A model generated the notes under the pieces. It saw only the letters and a program-made list of their open reading frames with translations. It was not told the origin of the DNA and made no database searches. A stretch of 64,000 nt of DNA from assembly GCA_002269645.1 (NCBI GenBank), contig NIVC01000866.1:262441-326440 (forward strand), written 5' to 3'. Every line of letters starts with the position of its first letter. The stretch's first letter is position 1. Source of the DNA: Macrostomum lignano. Its lineage: Eukaryota. Positions 1-23,825 of this stretch are shown here, one piece after another. A program made the translations under genes and the position numbers.

Positions 1-699
1 GAACATTGGGTTTGCCTCGTATGAAAGCAATAACAATTGTTGTGCTGAAAAGATGAAAACTTCCTATCTCCCTATGGCCTTCAAAACATTTTTCATAGAT
101 TTCGAGTGCTGCGTACTACTACTTTAGTAGTCCTTGGCATGACTAAAGCTTTGCATACGTAGTGTCTAGCGCTTGCTATTCTACTAGCTTGCTACTGGCG
201 GCTTGTCTGGCTATTCAGCTATATAGCTTACTATAAAAACGTACCGCATTCGACTCGTCTACACATGTACGTTGAGATCGCGGTTTCCTGGCTTACTTGA
301 ATAGTAATACAACAGAATTGGAATCAATTTGCTTACTTTTGGATCTCCCAATGAACTGAGAAATATATGAGCCAGAATTACCGCTCAGCAGCTTTTTTTG
401 TTTGCCTCATAACTTAATCGCTGGAGATTCCCGTTGTAATCTGCGCGTCTTCTTTCGCACATCAAGAATCAAACATCTCAAACTGGGAAAAACGATACAC
501 AATTGTCAAAAGTAAACAATATTTTCACATTTAAAGTGAAATCCTATCTATCTATCTAATATTTTCACATTCAAACTTGTATATATGCGAATAACCGTCA
601 AAAAGTTGGAGTAAAAATGGTTTTTGTCAAACCGCTAAACTGCGAATGTTTCAGTGTCAAATTTTTCACTGACTGGCTTTATATTGGCTAGCAAATTTT

Positions 700-1030
700 G
701 GCTGGCAAATTTCCGGCAGGCAAACGTCGGCTGGCAAACGTCGGCTGGCAAACGTCCGGCAGGCAAACGTCCGACTGGCAAACGTCCCGCTGGCAAACGT
801 CGGCTGGCAAATGTCGGCTGGCCAATGTCGGCTGGCAAACGTCGGCTGGCAAACGTCGGCTGGCAAACGTCGGCTGGCAAACGTCCCGCAGGCAAACGTC
901 CGGCAGGCAAACTTCGGCTGGCAAACGTCCCACTGGCAAACGTCGGCTGGCAAACGTCGGCTGGCAAATGTCGGCTGGCAAACGTCCAGCAGGCAAACGT
1001 CGGCTGGCAAACGTCCCGCAGGCAAACGTC
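700..1030. repeat. 14-bp minisatellite (GGCAAACGTCGGCT)n
   Basis: About 23 degenerate tandem units seen directly; explains the overlapping repeat-peptide ORFs at 635-1252. Confidence 0.95.
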
Positions 1031-1763
1031 GTAGACCCGTGGGGAGCGAATGGGTTTGAGACGGTGGCCAGTTTTTTTTTTAAGGTTTGCTACATTGATT
1101 TTTGGTGTTTTATATCTAGTAAAAGTGCGAAAATGAAACGGCAGGGATAAGGGAACGATTTGACATTGGAATATGGATTTTTTGGCGGCTAATGTCCAAA
1201 ACAGTACAACTGCTTTGTTCTCTATAGCCGATGGGAAATTGATTAAGACCAATTAACGTACCTATCTATCCACTTTAGTATCCTGAAGTCACCAAAGTCA
1301 CTTACGCTGGTTAATCAATTAGGGCATTTGACAATTGTGTGTCAATAAACTTTCCATGGTGCTTTGTGTCAGTAATTTTGCTGCCTATTATTGAATTGAA
1401 TTCTCTGGCAGTTTAGCTTTTAGTGCGGCGGAGAAATTAATGAATTCGTTGGGCCTGGTGCGGAAGTAGCAATGGCTTTTGGAATCTAGTAGACTGATCT
1501 TCATTTAGCTGAGGTCTATTGTTTCAGGCGGACAAACCGCCAGTATGTCAGGTTATAAGCGGGCTGTCTCTACCAGTGTGCTCACCTGTGCGCTCTCCTG
1601 AGTGCTCAGAATTTACGATAACCTTATTTGGGATTTGTTGAGAATGGCATTGTCTGCGTGATTTCGTCTCCAGTTTAATTTAGGAAGAGATCAGTTATAC
1701 CGGTGCTGCTCGGTCTTTTTTACGAGCCGATCGTAGCTATACATTGTCAGTTGTCTAGGTGAG

Positions 1764-2787
1764 GTCAGTTTGGAATTTGGATATTGAGTCAGTTATCATT
1801 TTGAGTCAGTTTGGAATTTGGATATTGAGTCAGTTATCATTTTGAGTCAGTTTGGAATTTGGATATTGAGTCAGTTATCATTTTGAGTCAGTTTGGAATT
1901 TGGATATTGAGTCAGTTATCATTTTGAGTCAGATCGGAATTTGGATATTGAGTCAGTTATCATTTTGAGTCAGTTTGGAATTTGGATATTGAGTCAGTTA
2001 TCATTTTGAGTCAGTTTGGAATTTGGATATTGAGTCAGTTATTATTTTGAGTCGGTTTGGATATTGAGTCATTTATTATCTTGAGTCAGTTTGGATATTG
2101 AATCAGCTTGGATATTGAGTCATTTTGGATATTGAGTCATTTATTATCTTGAGTCAGTTTGGATATTGAATCAGCTTGGATATTGAGTCATTTTGGATAT
2201 TGAGTCATTTTGGATATTGAGTCATTTATTATCTTGAGTCAGTTTGGATATTGAATCAGCTTGGATATTGAGTCATTTTGGATATTGAGTCATTTTGGAT
2301 ATTGAGTCATTTTGGATATGAGTCAGTTTGGATATTGAGTCGGTTATCATCTTGAGTCAATTATCTTGAGTTAGTGATCATCTTGAGTCAGTTATCATCT
2401 TGAGTCAGCTATCATCTTGAGTCAGTTATCATCTTGAGTCAGTTATCATCTTGAGTCAGTTATCATCTTGAGTCAGTTATCATCTTGAGTCAGTTATCAT
2501 CTTGAATCAGCTATCATCTTGAGTCAGTTATCATCTTGAGTCAGTTATCATCTTGAGTCAGTTATCATCTTGAGTCAGTTATCATCTTGAGTCAGTTATC
2601 ATCTTGAGTCAGCTATCATCTTGAGTCAGTTATCATCTTGAGTCAGTTATCATCTTGAGTCAGGTAAAGTTGCTCGCTTGGCAAGTACGATTCATCTTGA
2701 GTCAGTTATTATCCTGAGTCAATTATTATCTTGAGTCAGTTATTATCCTGAGTCAATTATTATCTTGAGTCAGTTATCATATTGAGT
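1764..2787. repeat. Compound minisatellite: 41-bp unit (GAGTCAGTTTGGAATTTGGATATTGAGTCAGTTATCATTTT) grading into 17-bp unit (GAGTCAGTTATCATCTT)
   Basis: Tandem units seen directly; the 17-mer is a sub-unit of the 41-mer. Confidence 0.95.
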
Positions 2788-3511
2788 AATTTTTTATTTA
2801 TTCTGTTATTGTATTTAGTAGTATTTTTAATAAATAATAACTAGAATACGTACACTAAATCAGTCGGTTAGTAAAATAGAAAATAGTCACAGAAATTGTT
2901 TATTTGATTTAAACTATTATAGTGTTTACAATACAGTACCACAGTAACAAAATTAGTTGAATAATTATGCTTCCCTTTTAAAAGGTTGGACAATTGACGC
3001 AATGGTCCTTGACAACAGACAAGACGCATTAGAGAGAGCAGAAGTGCGCAGAAATGCTTAATGACACGAAAGCAGTCATGAAAGTTAGGAAAGCAATGTA
3101 ATCCACCCACTGTCAAAACTGTTGAGCTATTTTGTCAAGCAAAGAAAAAAGAGTGAATTCGTGTTTTCACTTTGCAAAGAAACAAATTGCGAATAACAGC
3201 GTTAAGAAGTTGATTTATCGCATAATTTATGAGGTTTGCCGTGAAAGATTGCGGCGCAGTCGAGCGCAACTTTGAGCAGTAATTTAAGGACAACTCACAG
3301 TCAGAAAGACCGCGATCGCGAAGGACCCACTTGCGTCATGTCGACTATATGGATATAAGCGCGTAATGTAATGTATAAGAGCAAATGTAGAATTGATGTG
3401 AGCAATGCTTTTATATATGGGTGCAGATTATTCACTGTGAAAACGTGAATTTTCATGTTGGCATCCCTATCAGTGATTCACATGATGACTTCTCAGCCAC
3501 TGCAGTCTAAC

Positions 3512-3785
3512 GCTTCCACTTCGGTCATTGGGTGCATAACTGGCTTCCCCATCCGTCATTGGGGTGCATAACTGGCTTCCACTTCGGTCATTGGGGTGCA
3601 TAACTGGCTTCCCCATTGGTCATTGGGGTGCATAACTGGCTTCCCCATTGGTCATTGGGTGTATAACTGGCTTCCACTTCGGTCATTGGGGTGCATAACT
3701 GGCTTCCCCATCGGTCATTGGGGTGCATAACTGGCTTCCCCATTGGTCATTGGGGTGCATAACTGGCTTCCACTTCGGTCATTGA
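3512..3785. repeat. ~32-bp minisatellite (CTTCCCCATCGGTCATTGGGGTGCATAACTGG)
   Basis: About 8 tandem units. Confidence 0.9.
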
Positions 3786-3891
3786 GGCTATTGAGTATGC
3801 ATGTATACAGTAGTATATACTGTACTGTATATAAGATCTATGATTAAGGCAAACAATGCAAACACCATCGCAGCCTGTTCTTTTCATTCGG

Positions 3892-4629
3892 CTAGCTCAC
3901 TGGCGGCATGTCATCTCTGCTCCCGCCAGTGTCTGGCAGGCGCGCAACTTGATGCAGTCCGGCCTGACGAGGCTTGTTGGGTTCCACCGAGGCTGCCGAA
4001 GCTTCAACAATATCGGCCGCTGCTGCAATGCTGGCAACTGAATTGCGTGACGCTATCGCTTGTTGTTGCTGCTGCTGCCCAGCTCCAGCCGTCTGCGGCC
4101 TGTTCCTTCTCCCACTGAACAATCTGTTGAACAATGACGTCACCGAGCCCACAACTCCAGTCGGGTGCTCCTCGTAGGGCGGAGGCGGACCAGCGTTCTG
4201 TGGCGATTCCGGCGGCAGGGTGTAGTCCTCGCAGTTGTACGCCGGCGGCTCGGGCGGGAACATCAAAGACATCGGGTAGCTGCCGTGTTGCTGCTGCTGC
4301 TCCTGCTGCTGCTGAACCGTGAATATCGCCCGCTCGTGAGCGCCCAGCTGGGCCTGCACCCTGAGCATCCGTTTCGCATTGGCGTGCCGGACGCATAGGA
4401 AAATGATGACGCCAAGGAGAGCGGTGACAATGAGCAGGCTGCTCATCACTGCCGCTGCGATGTAGGCCGGATTGCAGCCGAAATCGTTCGGGTTGGCATA
4501 GCAGTAGTAGCTGCGGCTCACGTCCGGGTCTCTGTCCGAGTCTTTGTCTCTGTCGCCAGGACTTCTGACGAATCGATGTTGAAGCGACGCTGAAGTCCAC
4601 ACCTCGCCGTCGTCCATGAGCAGTCTCAT
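3892..4629 (-). CDS. Intronless single-pass transmembrane protein with cytoplasmic PPxY motifs (PMEPA1/VOPP1/WBP1-like architecture)
   Basis: 245-aa ATG-initiated GC-rich ORF with an upstream in-frame stop; one hydrophobic helix AYIAAAVMSSLLIVTALLGVIIFLCV followed by basic RH..KR, poly-Q, then PPAY and PPPPYEE. Confidence 0.75.
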   Translation of the reverse strand: MRLLMDDGEVWTSASLQHRFVRSPGDRDKDSDRDPDVSRSYYCYANPNDFGCNPAYIAAAVMSSLLIVTALLGVIIFLCVRHANAKRMLRVQAQLGAHERAIFTVQQQQEQQQQHGSYPMSLMFPPEPPAYNCEDYTLPPESPQNAGPPPPYEEHPTGVVGSVTSLFNRLFSGRRNRPQTAGAGQQQQQQAIASRNSVASIAAAADIVEASAASVEPNKPRQAGLHQVARLPDTGGSRDDMPPVS

Positions 4630-4719
4630 GCCGGTGGCTATGCGCTGGATTGCTAGTTTTCTTTGAGACTGTTATGCTTATAGCTGTGTTTCTATTCTTT
4701 CATGCTGCAGAGCTTTTCA

Positions 4720-4790
4720 GCTGGATTGGCCTCGCAATGCCTGTCAAAGTATATAGGTATGGCACTCCCGGAAGCCAGGCCAATAGGAAG
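4720..4790 (-). promoter_or_regulatory. Candidate core promoter of the PPxY gene
   Basis: CCAAT boxes on both strands (GATTGG ~4724, CCAAT ~4780), TATATA ~4750 and CCGGAAG ~4768, about 100-160 bp upstream of the ATG at 4629. Confidence 0.3.
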
Positions 4791-6856
4791 ATTACTCGCG
4801 GAAATACGTAAACAGCTGTCTGACTGACTGACTTGACTATCTATACTAAATGAATGAAGGTAGAAAGAGACAGGGGAGCAAGGGAACTAACTATGGGATA
4901 GACAGCCGGCCCACCTATGGGTTTTGGTGGGGCAGCTACAACTAGAGCTTTAGTTGACAGAATGGAAGGCAGGGGGGGGGGTTGTCGCGTGTATGCATTG
5001 GCCGTATACTGCTGTGTAGGCATCAAGTCCAGTACTGGGGAGGGTGGGCGATTGGAGCTCTGGCTGCAAGGTCGCATACACCTGAGACCTCACATTGAGT
5101 GAGTGAGTGAGATGGCCGCGCGCGGTCTCTGTGACAACGGGGCGACACTGTAAACAACAGGGAGCAGGGAGAATGCGTGCAGGGAAGAGAGCGCGCAGGA
5201 CTGAGCCTGGTTGTACAGGCAAGTACAATCAAGGCACAGGTACGAGAGCGATCTCTTCCACTCCGTATTTCAACTCTCGTTTTTTAATAAAAAAGTCGAT
5301 AGTTTGCTTCGGGGTGAATACTGGTGTACAGAGAGACTCGATTTGGGGCAGCCGCCATTGGTCGTTAGGCAAACAGATGGGGCTCAAGGTGACGCTGAGG
5401 AAGTTAAACTGAGATATCCACCTACAGAGTCCAACTGCATGGACTCTGTAGTCCATGTTTAGCGTTCAAGCCGGAGTCTAACGTCTTTACACCTTCAACA
5501 TATGACGCATCAGTAGTGTTGTTCTGTGACACTATGCCACCCTGTTAAATGAGGAGTTATATCCTTCCTAATTCACTTACAAAATAGTTTCAGCTCTGCC
5601 ATCTATCCGTTAAAAACATCTTTCAACTCTGTTTTGAGTAGACAGTCTATTTATAACCGGCGGCCTAAGTAAATGAGATGTTGTTCTGCAGCATACATGT
5701 AGTTTGCGCCAGCAGGTGCCGATTGGTGGCTATAATTAGCCGCTTCACCTGTTGAAGTCCGTCTTCTTTTGTTTTACAAGTTTCCTTCCTTTCCAAGTGC
5801 TTTGATATTACATGTATGATACGCTGTTTAACTGGATGAGTACGTACTAGCAACTAACTACAGTCTTTAAAGTTCACATATAACACGCTACTAAGAGTAA
5901 AAAGTTGAAAATGTTCTGAAGTTTTATATTCACGAGTTTTATTTCTTCTTTAGTTTCTAGAATCCATGCGTTATTTCCAATCGTTTCAAGTAAAAATTAG
6001 TGCAAATGTAGGGAGGGAATGTCTTCAAGATTTTCTAGTTTTTTTAAATTATGGACTGGGCCCGGAACAGCTCTAATGGGCAGACAGGTCTAATGGAAAA
6101 GTGGACAGAATGGCTCAAGAGCAAGCAGTTTAATAAGCAACTTTCTTTACGTACTGACCAACTCTACCAACCCCAAGTGTCTAGGAAGCCTGTGGATTGA
6201 TCGCTCTGTGTGTGGGGCTTCTGCAACACAGACCACATGTCAATGGCGTTAGTTAAAACTGGCGCATATAACCCATTGGGATGAATAAAACCATGGATTG
6301 CTCGTCTGCCTTAAATTGGGGGTGCAATTTCGCACCGATTGGCTACTGAAGATCCCTTAGTTGTCTATGGTACGAGCGTAAAAAAAAACTTTCCGTGCAT
6401 TAACACTGCAGCTTACAACGTTGCCCAGTCTATATTGTGACAACGAATCCAGCTCACTTTTACCTCCTTTACCGCTACGGTGCTACCTTGCTTTTCTCTG
6501 ACGTAAATGATTTTGCCTCATTGTAAAACGCCTCAGCGATGCACCAGCAATACGACAAGTATCCGTCCCTTACCTGCTAACAGCTTATTTCTAAGAAAAT
6601 CAATTGTAGTTGTCTTCTTAGTTCGGCTGTCCATGACTGTTTTACCCTCAGGTTAGGCTCAATTGCTAACTGGTCGGTCATAAACTTCATGACGGACGGT
6701 CATGAAGCTGATGTCTCATGGTTGGCAGCCATTGGTTGCGCAAAATGAAACTAAATTCACTCTTTAAGACATCAGAACCACAACTTTACTAAACGTTAGC
6801 GAGCACCAGAGCTGCGAGAGATTTTGCAAGTCACTGATTTTGCACCTCTCAGAGGG

Positions 6857-17381
<10,525 letters not shown>

Positions 17382-17600
17382 AAGTTTTCGAAGCTGGCTT
17401 GTTAATAGATGGACCTATTAACTCAACTTCTTTACAAAAATGATTTTATATGATATAGTCTGCATTTCATTTTTCTTCAATAAAATTTAAAAAACAACAA
17501 CATTATGTAAAAATTGTCTATAGATATATTACAAATTTGCATCTTTATATTTATGCTTTGCAAAAAACACAAAAATGTTTTGTGTACAGAGATATAATTC

Positions 17601-18347
17601 CTAGGTGATTCGGACACTCAGGTGAGCATCCAGGTGAGCTCTGCAGATCGGACACCTGGCCCGCTGTTCCATGCTGATCCGGCCGAAGCAGCTCCGGCAG
17701 CAGCAGAGGTGCCCGCATGGCAGCAGGAGAACCTGCAGCGGCTGGGCGAAGCAGATCCGACATTCCAGACCGGCGGGCATCTTGACTTCGTCCGCGGTTT
17801 CGAAGCCGGGAAACTGGGCTGGCCGGTTGAAGACGGCGCACTTCGCCGCTAGGTCTCTGGCCTGCTGCGGCAGCTGCTCATCTCCGAGGCTTCGCAACCG
17901 CTGAGCCTCTGTGGGCTGTTGACGGAGCTGCAGCAGCTCGGCAGCCCGAGGGTTCGCCGCCAGAGTCTGAGCTGTTTCGGTGCTTAGACCGGCGAGCAGG
18001 GACCAGATGAGCTGGTCCTGTCGGGGCTGCTGCAGCATCGGGCGCACGATGAACTCCAGCAGGATGTCAGGCCGTTGGTCCAGCTGCAGGCGGAGATGCT
18101 GGCACTGAGGAGACCGCAGGGCGTGTGGCAGCCAGGCGTTGGTGTGGCGGGACCAGTCGCTGATACTGCAGCCGCAACTGAAGCAAGTGGCTTCGCCCTG
18201 GCTGTTGGGAAGAGCATAGAAGCCGCTGTCAGCCAGCTGACATGGCTGAATGTACTGCGGGTACCAGTGAGCTGCGATGGACTGCAGCCGATTCTCCCAT
18301 TGAGAATAGTCCATTTGGATCTCATGGCCTGACAGAGGCGAAGCCAT
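17601..18347 (-). CDS. Inhibitor of apoptosis (IAP) family protein: single BIR + C-terminal RING, intronless
   Basis: 248-aa ORF. BIR: RLQSI..W..LADSGFY..CFSC..ISDW..H..SPQC (CX2CX16HX6C). RING: CRIC..LLLPCGHLCCCRSC..CPICR. Confidence 0.92.
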   Translation of the reverse strand: MASPLSGHEIQMDYSQWENRLQSIAAHWYPQYIQPCQLADSGFYALPNSQGEATCFSCGCSISDWSRHTNAWLPHALRSPQCQHLRLQLDQRPDILLEFIVRPMLQQPRQDQLIWSLLAGLSTETAQTLAANPRAAELLQLRQQPTEAQRLRSLGDEQLPQQARDLAAKCAVFNRPAQFPGFETADEVKMPAGLECRICFAQPLQVLLLPCGHLCCCRSCFGRISMEQRARCPICRAHLDAHLSVRIT

Positions 18348-19335
18348 ATCAGCAGTTTTTAATAATATTAAAGCTTAATTCTTGCTACGGTTTTATTAAA
18401 CGAAGGAAAACCCGCGGCAATTCCATGAAGGGCCGGGTTTTATGCACTGTGCAGTGTACACACGAACTGGGGGAGGGGGAAGGGAGAGCAGAGCGGGAAT
18501 AGAGAAGTACATGTAGTATATGCGGTCGGACAGTAAAGTGTACACTTGGCACAGTACACTCCCTAGCGTAAAAACTGAAGTTCTCTTTTTTAAATGTACA
18601 AACACATTCAGCGCTACTACACTAACTTAAGGCACATGTACAAAGAAAATGCAATACAACCCAGGCCGCTTCGCAAACCGTATAGCAACGGGTGTACGAG
18701 AGGGGGTTTTTTCTTTTCAGTGGCGTTCGCAGAGGCGAACTTTGTTGCAACCCCAAATAAGGTCCTTGGATGGATATGGATATGGAATGGATCCCCCAAT
18801 GGATAATCCTGGACACGGCACTGTGTCTTTCACATATTTTAGAGCAAAAAAATGGGGAATAGCGTTGCATTAGGAGGCTGATGACGTCGTTGAGCTGGCA
18901 GAACAGTCAGAAGTCGCGGTCGCAGTTTTTTTCCCGACCAAAGTTTTGTCTATGGCGAAACTCTACTCAGCGCTGTGCTCAGGGAAGACTGATGATTAGC
19001 TCATGTCAGATAAAACAGGACGTTCAATCTGAAAGTCAAGGACCATTGAAATCATACGAATTAAAACAATTTTTTTAAGTTGAAACTAAAGGCATGATTA
19101 AATATGGTGAAATAAATAGTATGTTTTCAAAAATATTTCATAAGCGATTCCATTTAGACTACTTTGCCAAGTAGCTTGAGTAGCATGCCGCGAAACCGAC
19201 TACCGTATAATCTCGATAAGAAAAATTATCTTATTTATATTTTGTCGCATCTCCAGTTCACTTTTGCGCTTCCAAATTTAATGATTTTGTTGCAAAAAAT
19301 GCGCAGAGCATGTCTGAATTGTGACTGTGCCCTAC

Positions 19336-19787
<452 letters not shown>

Positions 19788-20417
19788 GTTTTTAATTTTT
19801 TAATTTAAATGAAATAGAGCGTTGTCATAAAGTCTTGCAAAATATGATAAATAAAACATCATATTGCACACATGAACAGCAGTTGCATCTAGTTAAAGCT
19901 AATGCTAGCTGTCTGTGACGTCTTCAGCAACTGCCCATCTTCATGCTGCCAGAAGCTTCCGTCTGTCGCGCACGCAACTTGCAGATTGAGCAACGGAGCA
20001 GTCGACCCGAGGTTTCCTTCGCTACAATCTCAGCCGCCTCTTGCTTTGAAAGATAGCGAATTTCTGTAGGACAGGCGAGTGAGAGGTGGGGAGGCAACAT
20101 TGCCCGCTGGATGCATGAAATTCACCTGTGAGATGCGGCTTCATCTAAAGCTACGTTTTTAAAACTGTTCTCACTGCTCACACGGCTACGGAAGCAGATG
20201 TGTGTTGGGGCTTCTTTGCTTCATGAACTTCTACTAACACACTTGTTTGCGAATCTTGTACTGTGCAAATACCCTCTGTTCCTCTTGCCTCATTTTTTTG
20301 TCCGTGACCTTTGCTTCGAGTCATGTATTGACGTCATAGAGTCGGAATATTATATTCATTTAATAATCCGATATTCAATTCTATTCTACTTAAAGTATAC
20401 ACAATAAGCTGGAGCGC

Positions 20418-21960
20418 ATGGGGCGGATAGCTGGAAGGAATGGGGGCGGATAGCTGAGAGGAATGGGGGCGGATAGCTGAGAGGAATGGGGGCGGATAGC
20501 TGAGAGGAATGGGGGTGGATAGCTGGGAGGAATGGGGGCGGATAGCTGGGAGAAATGGGGCAGATAGCTGGGAGGAATGGGGCAGATAGCTGGGAGGAAT
20601 GGGGGTGGATAGCTGGGAGGAATGGGGCAGATAGCTGAGAGGAATGGGGGCGGATAGCTGAGAGGAATGGGGGTGGATAGCTTGGAGGAATGGGGGCGGA
20701 TAGCTGAGAAAAATGGGGGCGGATAGCTGAGAGGAATGGGGGCGGATAGCTGGGAGAAATGGGGCAGATAGCTGGGAGGAATGGGGCAGATAGCTGGGAG
20801 GAATGGGGGCGGATAGCTGGGAGGAATGGGGCAGATAGCTGGGAGGAATGGGGCAGATAGCTGGGAGGAATGGGGCAGATAGCTGAGAGGAATGGGGGCG
20901 GATAGCTGGGAGAAATGGGGCAGATAGCTGGGAGGAATGGGGCAGATAGCTGGGAGGAATGGGGGCGGATAGCTAGGAGGAATGGGGCGGATAGCTGGGA
21001 GGAATGGGGGCAGATAGCTGGGAGGAATGGGGCAGATAGCTAGGAGGAATGGGGCAGATAGCTAGGAGGAATGGGGCAGATAGCTGGGAGGAATGGGGCA
21101 GATAGCTGGGAGGAATGGGGCAGATAGCTGGGAGGAATGGGGGTGGATAGCTGGGAGGAATGGGGGCGGATAGCTGAGAGGAATGTGGCAGATAGCTAGG
21201 AGGAAGGGGGCAGATAGCTGGGAGGAATGGGGGCGGATAGCTAGGAGGAATGGGGGCAGATAGCTGGGAGGAATGGGGCAGATAGCTAGGAGGAATGGGG
21301 CAGATAGCTAGGAGGAATGGGGCAGATAGCTGGGAGGAATGGGGCAGATAGCTGGGAGGAATGGGGCAGATAGCTGGGAGGAATGGGGGTGGATAGCTGG
21401 GAGGAATGGGGCAGATAGCTGGGAGGAATGGGGCGGATAGCTGAGAGGAATGGGGGCGGATAGCTATTAGGAATGGGGCAGATAGCTGGGAGGAATGGGG
21501 GCGGATAGCTGAGAGGAATGGGGGCGGATAGCTGAGAGGAATGGGGCGGATAGCTGAGAGGAATGGGGCGGATAGCTGAGAGGAATGGGGGCGGATAGCT
21601 AGGAGGAATGGGGCAGATAGCTGGGAGGAATGGGGGCGGATAGCTAGGAGGAATGGGGCAGATAGCTGGGAGGAATGGGGGCGGATAGCTAGGAGGAATG
21701 GGGCAGATAGCTGGGAGGAATGGGGGCGGATAGCTAGGAGGAATGGGGCAGATAGCTGGGAGGAATGGGGGCGGATAGCTGAGAGGAATGGGGGCGGATA
21801 GCTAGGAGGAATGGGGCAGATAGCTAGGAGGAATGGGGCAGATAGCTAGGAGGAATGAGGGCTGATAGCTGGGAGGAATGGGGCAGATAGCTAGGAGGAA
21901 TGGGGCAGATAGCTGGGAGGAATGAGGGCTGATAGCTGGGACGCAGAGGGGCGGATGGGA
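20418..21960. repeat. 22-23-bp purine-rich minisatellite (GATAGCTGGGAGGAATGGGG(G)C)
   Basis: About 68 tandem units. Confidence 0.97.
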
Positions 21961-22271
21961 GGAATGGCAAGAGAAATGGGAGCGCTGAGGGCAAGTTATG
22001 ATATAAAGTGTCAATCTTCAGTCCTTAATTAGACATCAGACATGGTTTTGAGCCATAAATAGCAGCTTTGAAAACAAAATCTTGCAAATCTTTTGCCGAG
22101 GTGTGTAGCACGTGGCCTCTCAACTTGCAACAGTTATAATTAAGTAACTGCAGGCTCTCTGGTATTTCCCTGATTTCAACCATTGCTTGGAATTCAGTCT
22201 ATTTTGGTGGATAAAATAAATAGGTTGACCTTAAGGTTTCTGAGCCTTTGCAAATTACAGGTAATGATTTA

Positions 22272-22510
22272 GACTCTACCTTCCATGGCGTCTCGTGATC
22301 TTGAACTTTCTCCTGTCAAAAGTCAGAGATTTTTACAAGCTCGATGTTTTCGCGTTGAAAGAATTTCCGGGTAACTTTCACGGGGAAATTTTACGAGGTT
22401 ATGAAGCTTCCAGCGTGTGAAGTTTCGCACTTCTTTCGATTTTTATTTCGTTTATACCTGTCAGTCTCGCTGTAAGACAAGGAGATGTGCAAACCTACGC
22501 AGGTAGAGTC
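22272..22510. mobile_element. Possible MITE with 10-bp terminal inverted repeats
   Basis: GACTCTACCT (22272-22281) and AGGTAGAGTC (22501-22510) are exact reverse complements; no clear TSD. Confidence 0.3.
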
Positions 22511-22657
22511 AAGTCAACACTATAAAGTCTACATTCGCTATTAAATATAGTTGAGCATTACTTCGTCAGTGATAAGATGCGTGTCCACTTTTATTTGCTA
22601 TAAGATATTCGAGTTGGACAACAATATCTGGGAGCATGGTGTCTGTTCAGTAGCATT

Positions 22658-23085
<428 letters not shown>

Positions 23086-23825
23086 TATTTTCACTGTTTC
23101 CCGCTTGGAATGAGATGTGCATATATACTAACAATGGAAGTGAGGCATGGAGCAGCCAGTTATCATGTTTCACAATTCAGAGAAAGCAATTTCACTGAAT
23201 TATTGAAAATTCATATCCGGTTTGGCAGAAGGCAGCAGTGGAGCTTTAGGGATTTTGGGCGCTCCTGTCTCCCTTTGTCCTTCTGTTTAGGCAGCCTCGT
23301 TTCATTTTGAATTCTGAAATGCTGCTTTTTGTCTTCAGCTTAAAAAAACAGTATTGCTGTTTGTCACGTTCTGATTCCTGATATTTTGAGAGACCTCGAA
23401 GCGGACTGACCGTTAAGCATGGCGGCGCGGAGGGTGGGCAGCCTACACAGCTACAGAAGTGTCAATTTTAGACATTTTTCAGCTTTGCTTCCGCGCTCTG
23501 AAAGGAGATGCACGGCAGTCAGGAAAACAAAGAATTTCCATTTATTGTGGAAATTTCCCAGGAATTCTAAGCGGCTTTTGCTTTGTAATTAGAATTGCGA
23601 AGAAGAGTTGTCAACACGCAAACAACAGGAAATTATTGTGTCAAATGCTTGTTTGTCTTAAAGGCTTTCTCTCACTTTTAATTCTTAGCCAGAAGCTCCT
23701 CGGTAACCCAATCTGAGCATGGCTTCATTCAGCCCCATGTGTCCCATGCTTGAAAAGAGTTTGCGGCTATTCAAGATATCCTGGCAGTCCGTTTATACAG
23801 TTGATTAATGCTGAGGGGTGAGTAG

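Noticed and set aside
635-1252. Multiple long ORFs with 14-aa periodicity
   Set aside because: They arise from a stop-free 14-bp tandem repeat read in several frames.
6180-6390. Possible SINE/LINE 3' end with A9 tail
   Set aside because: No recognisable head or TSD; insufficient support.
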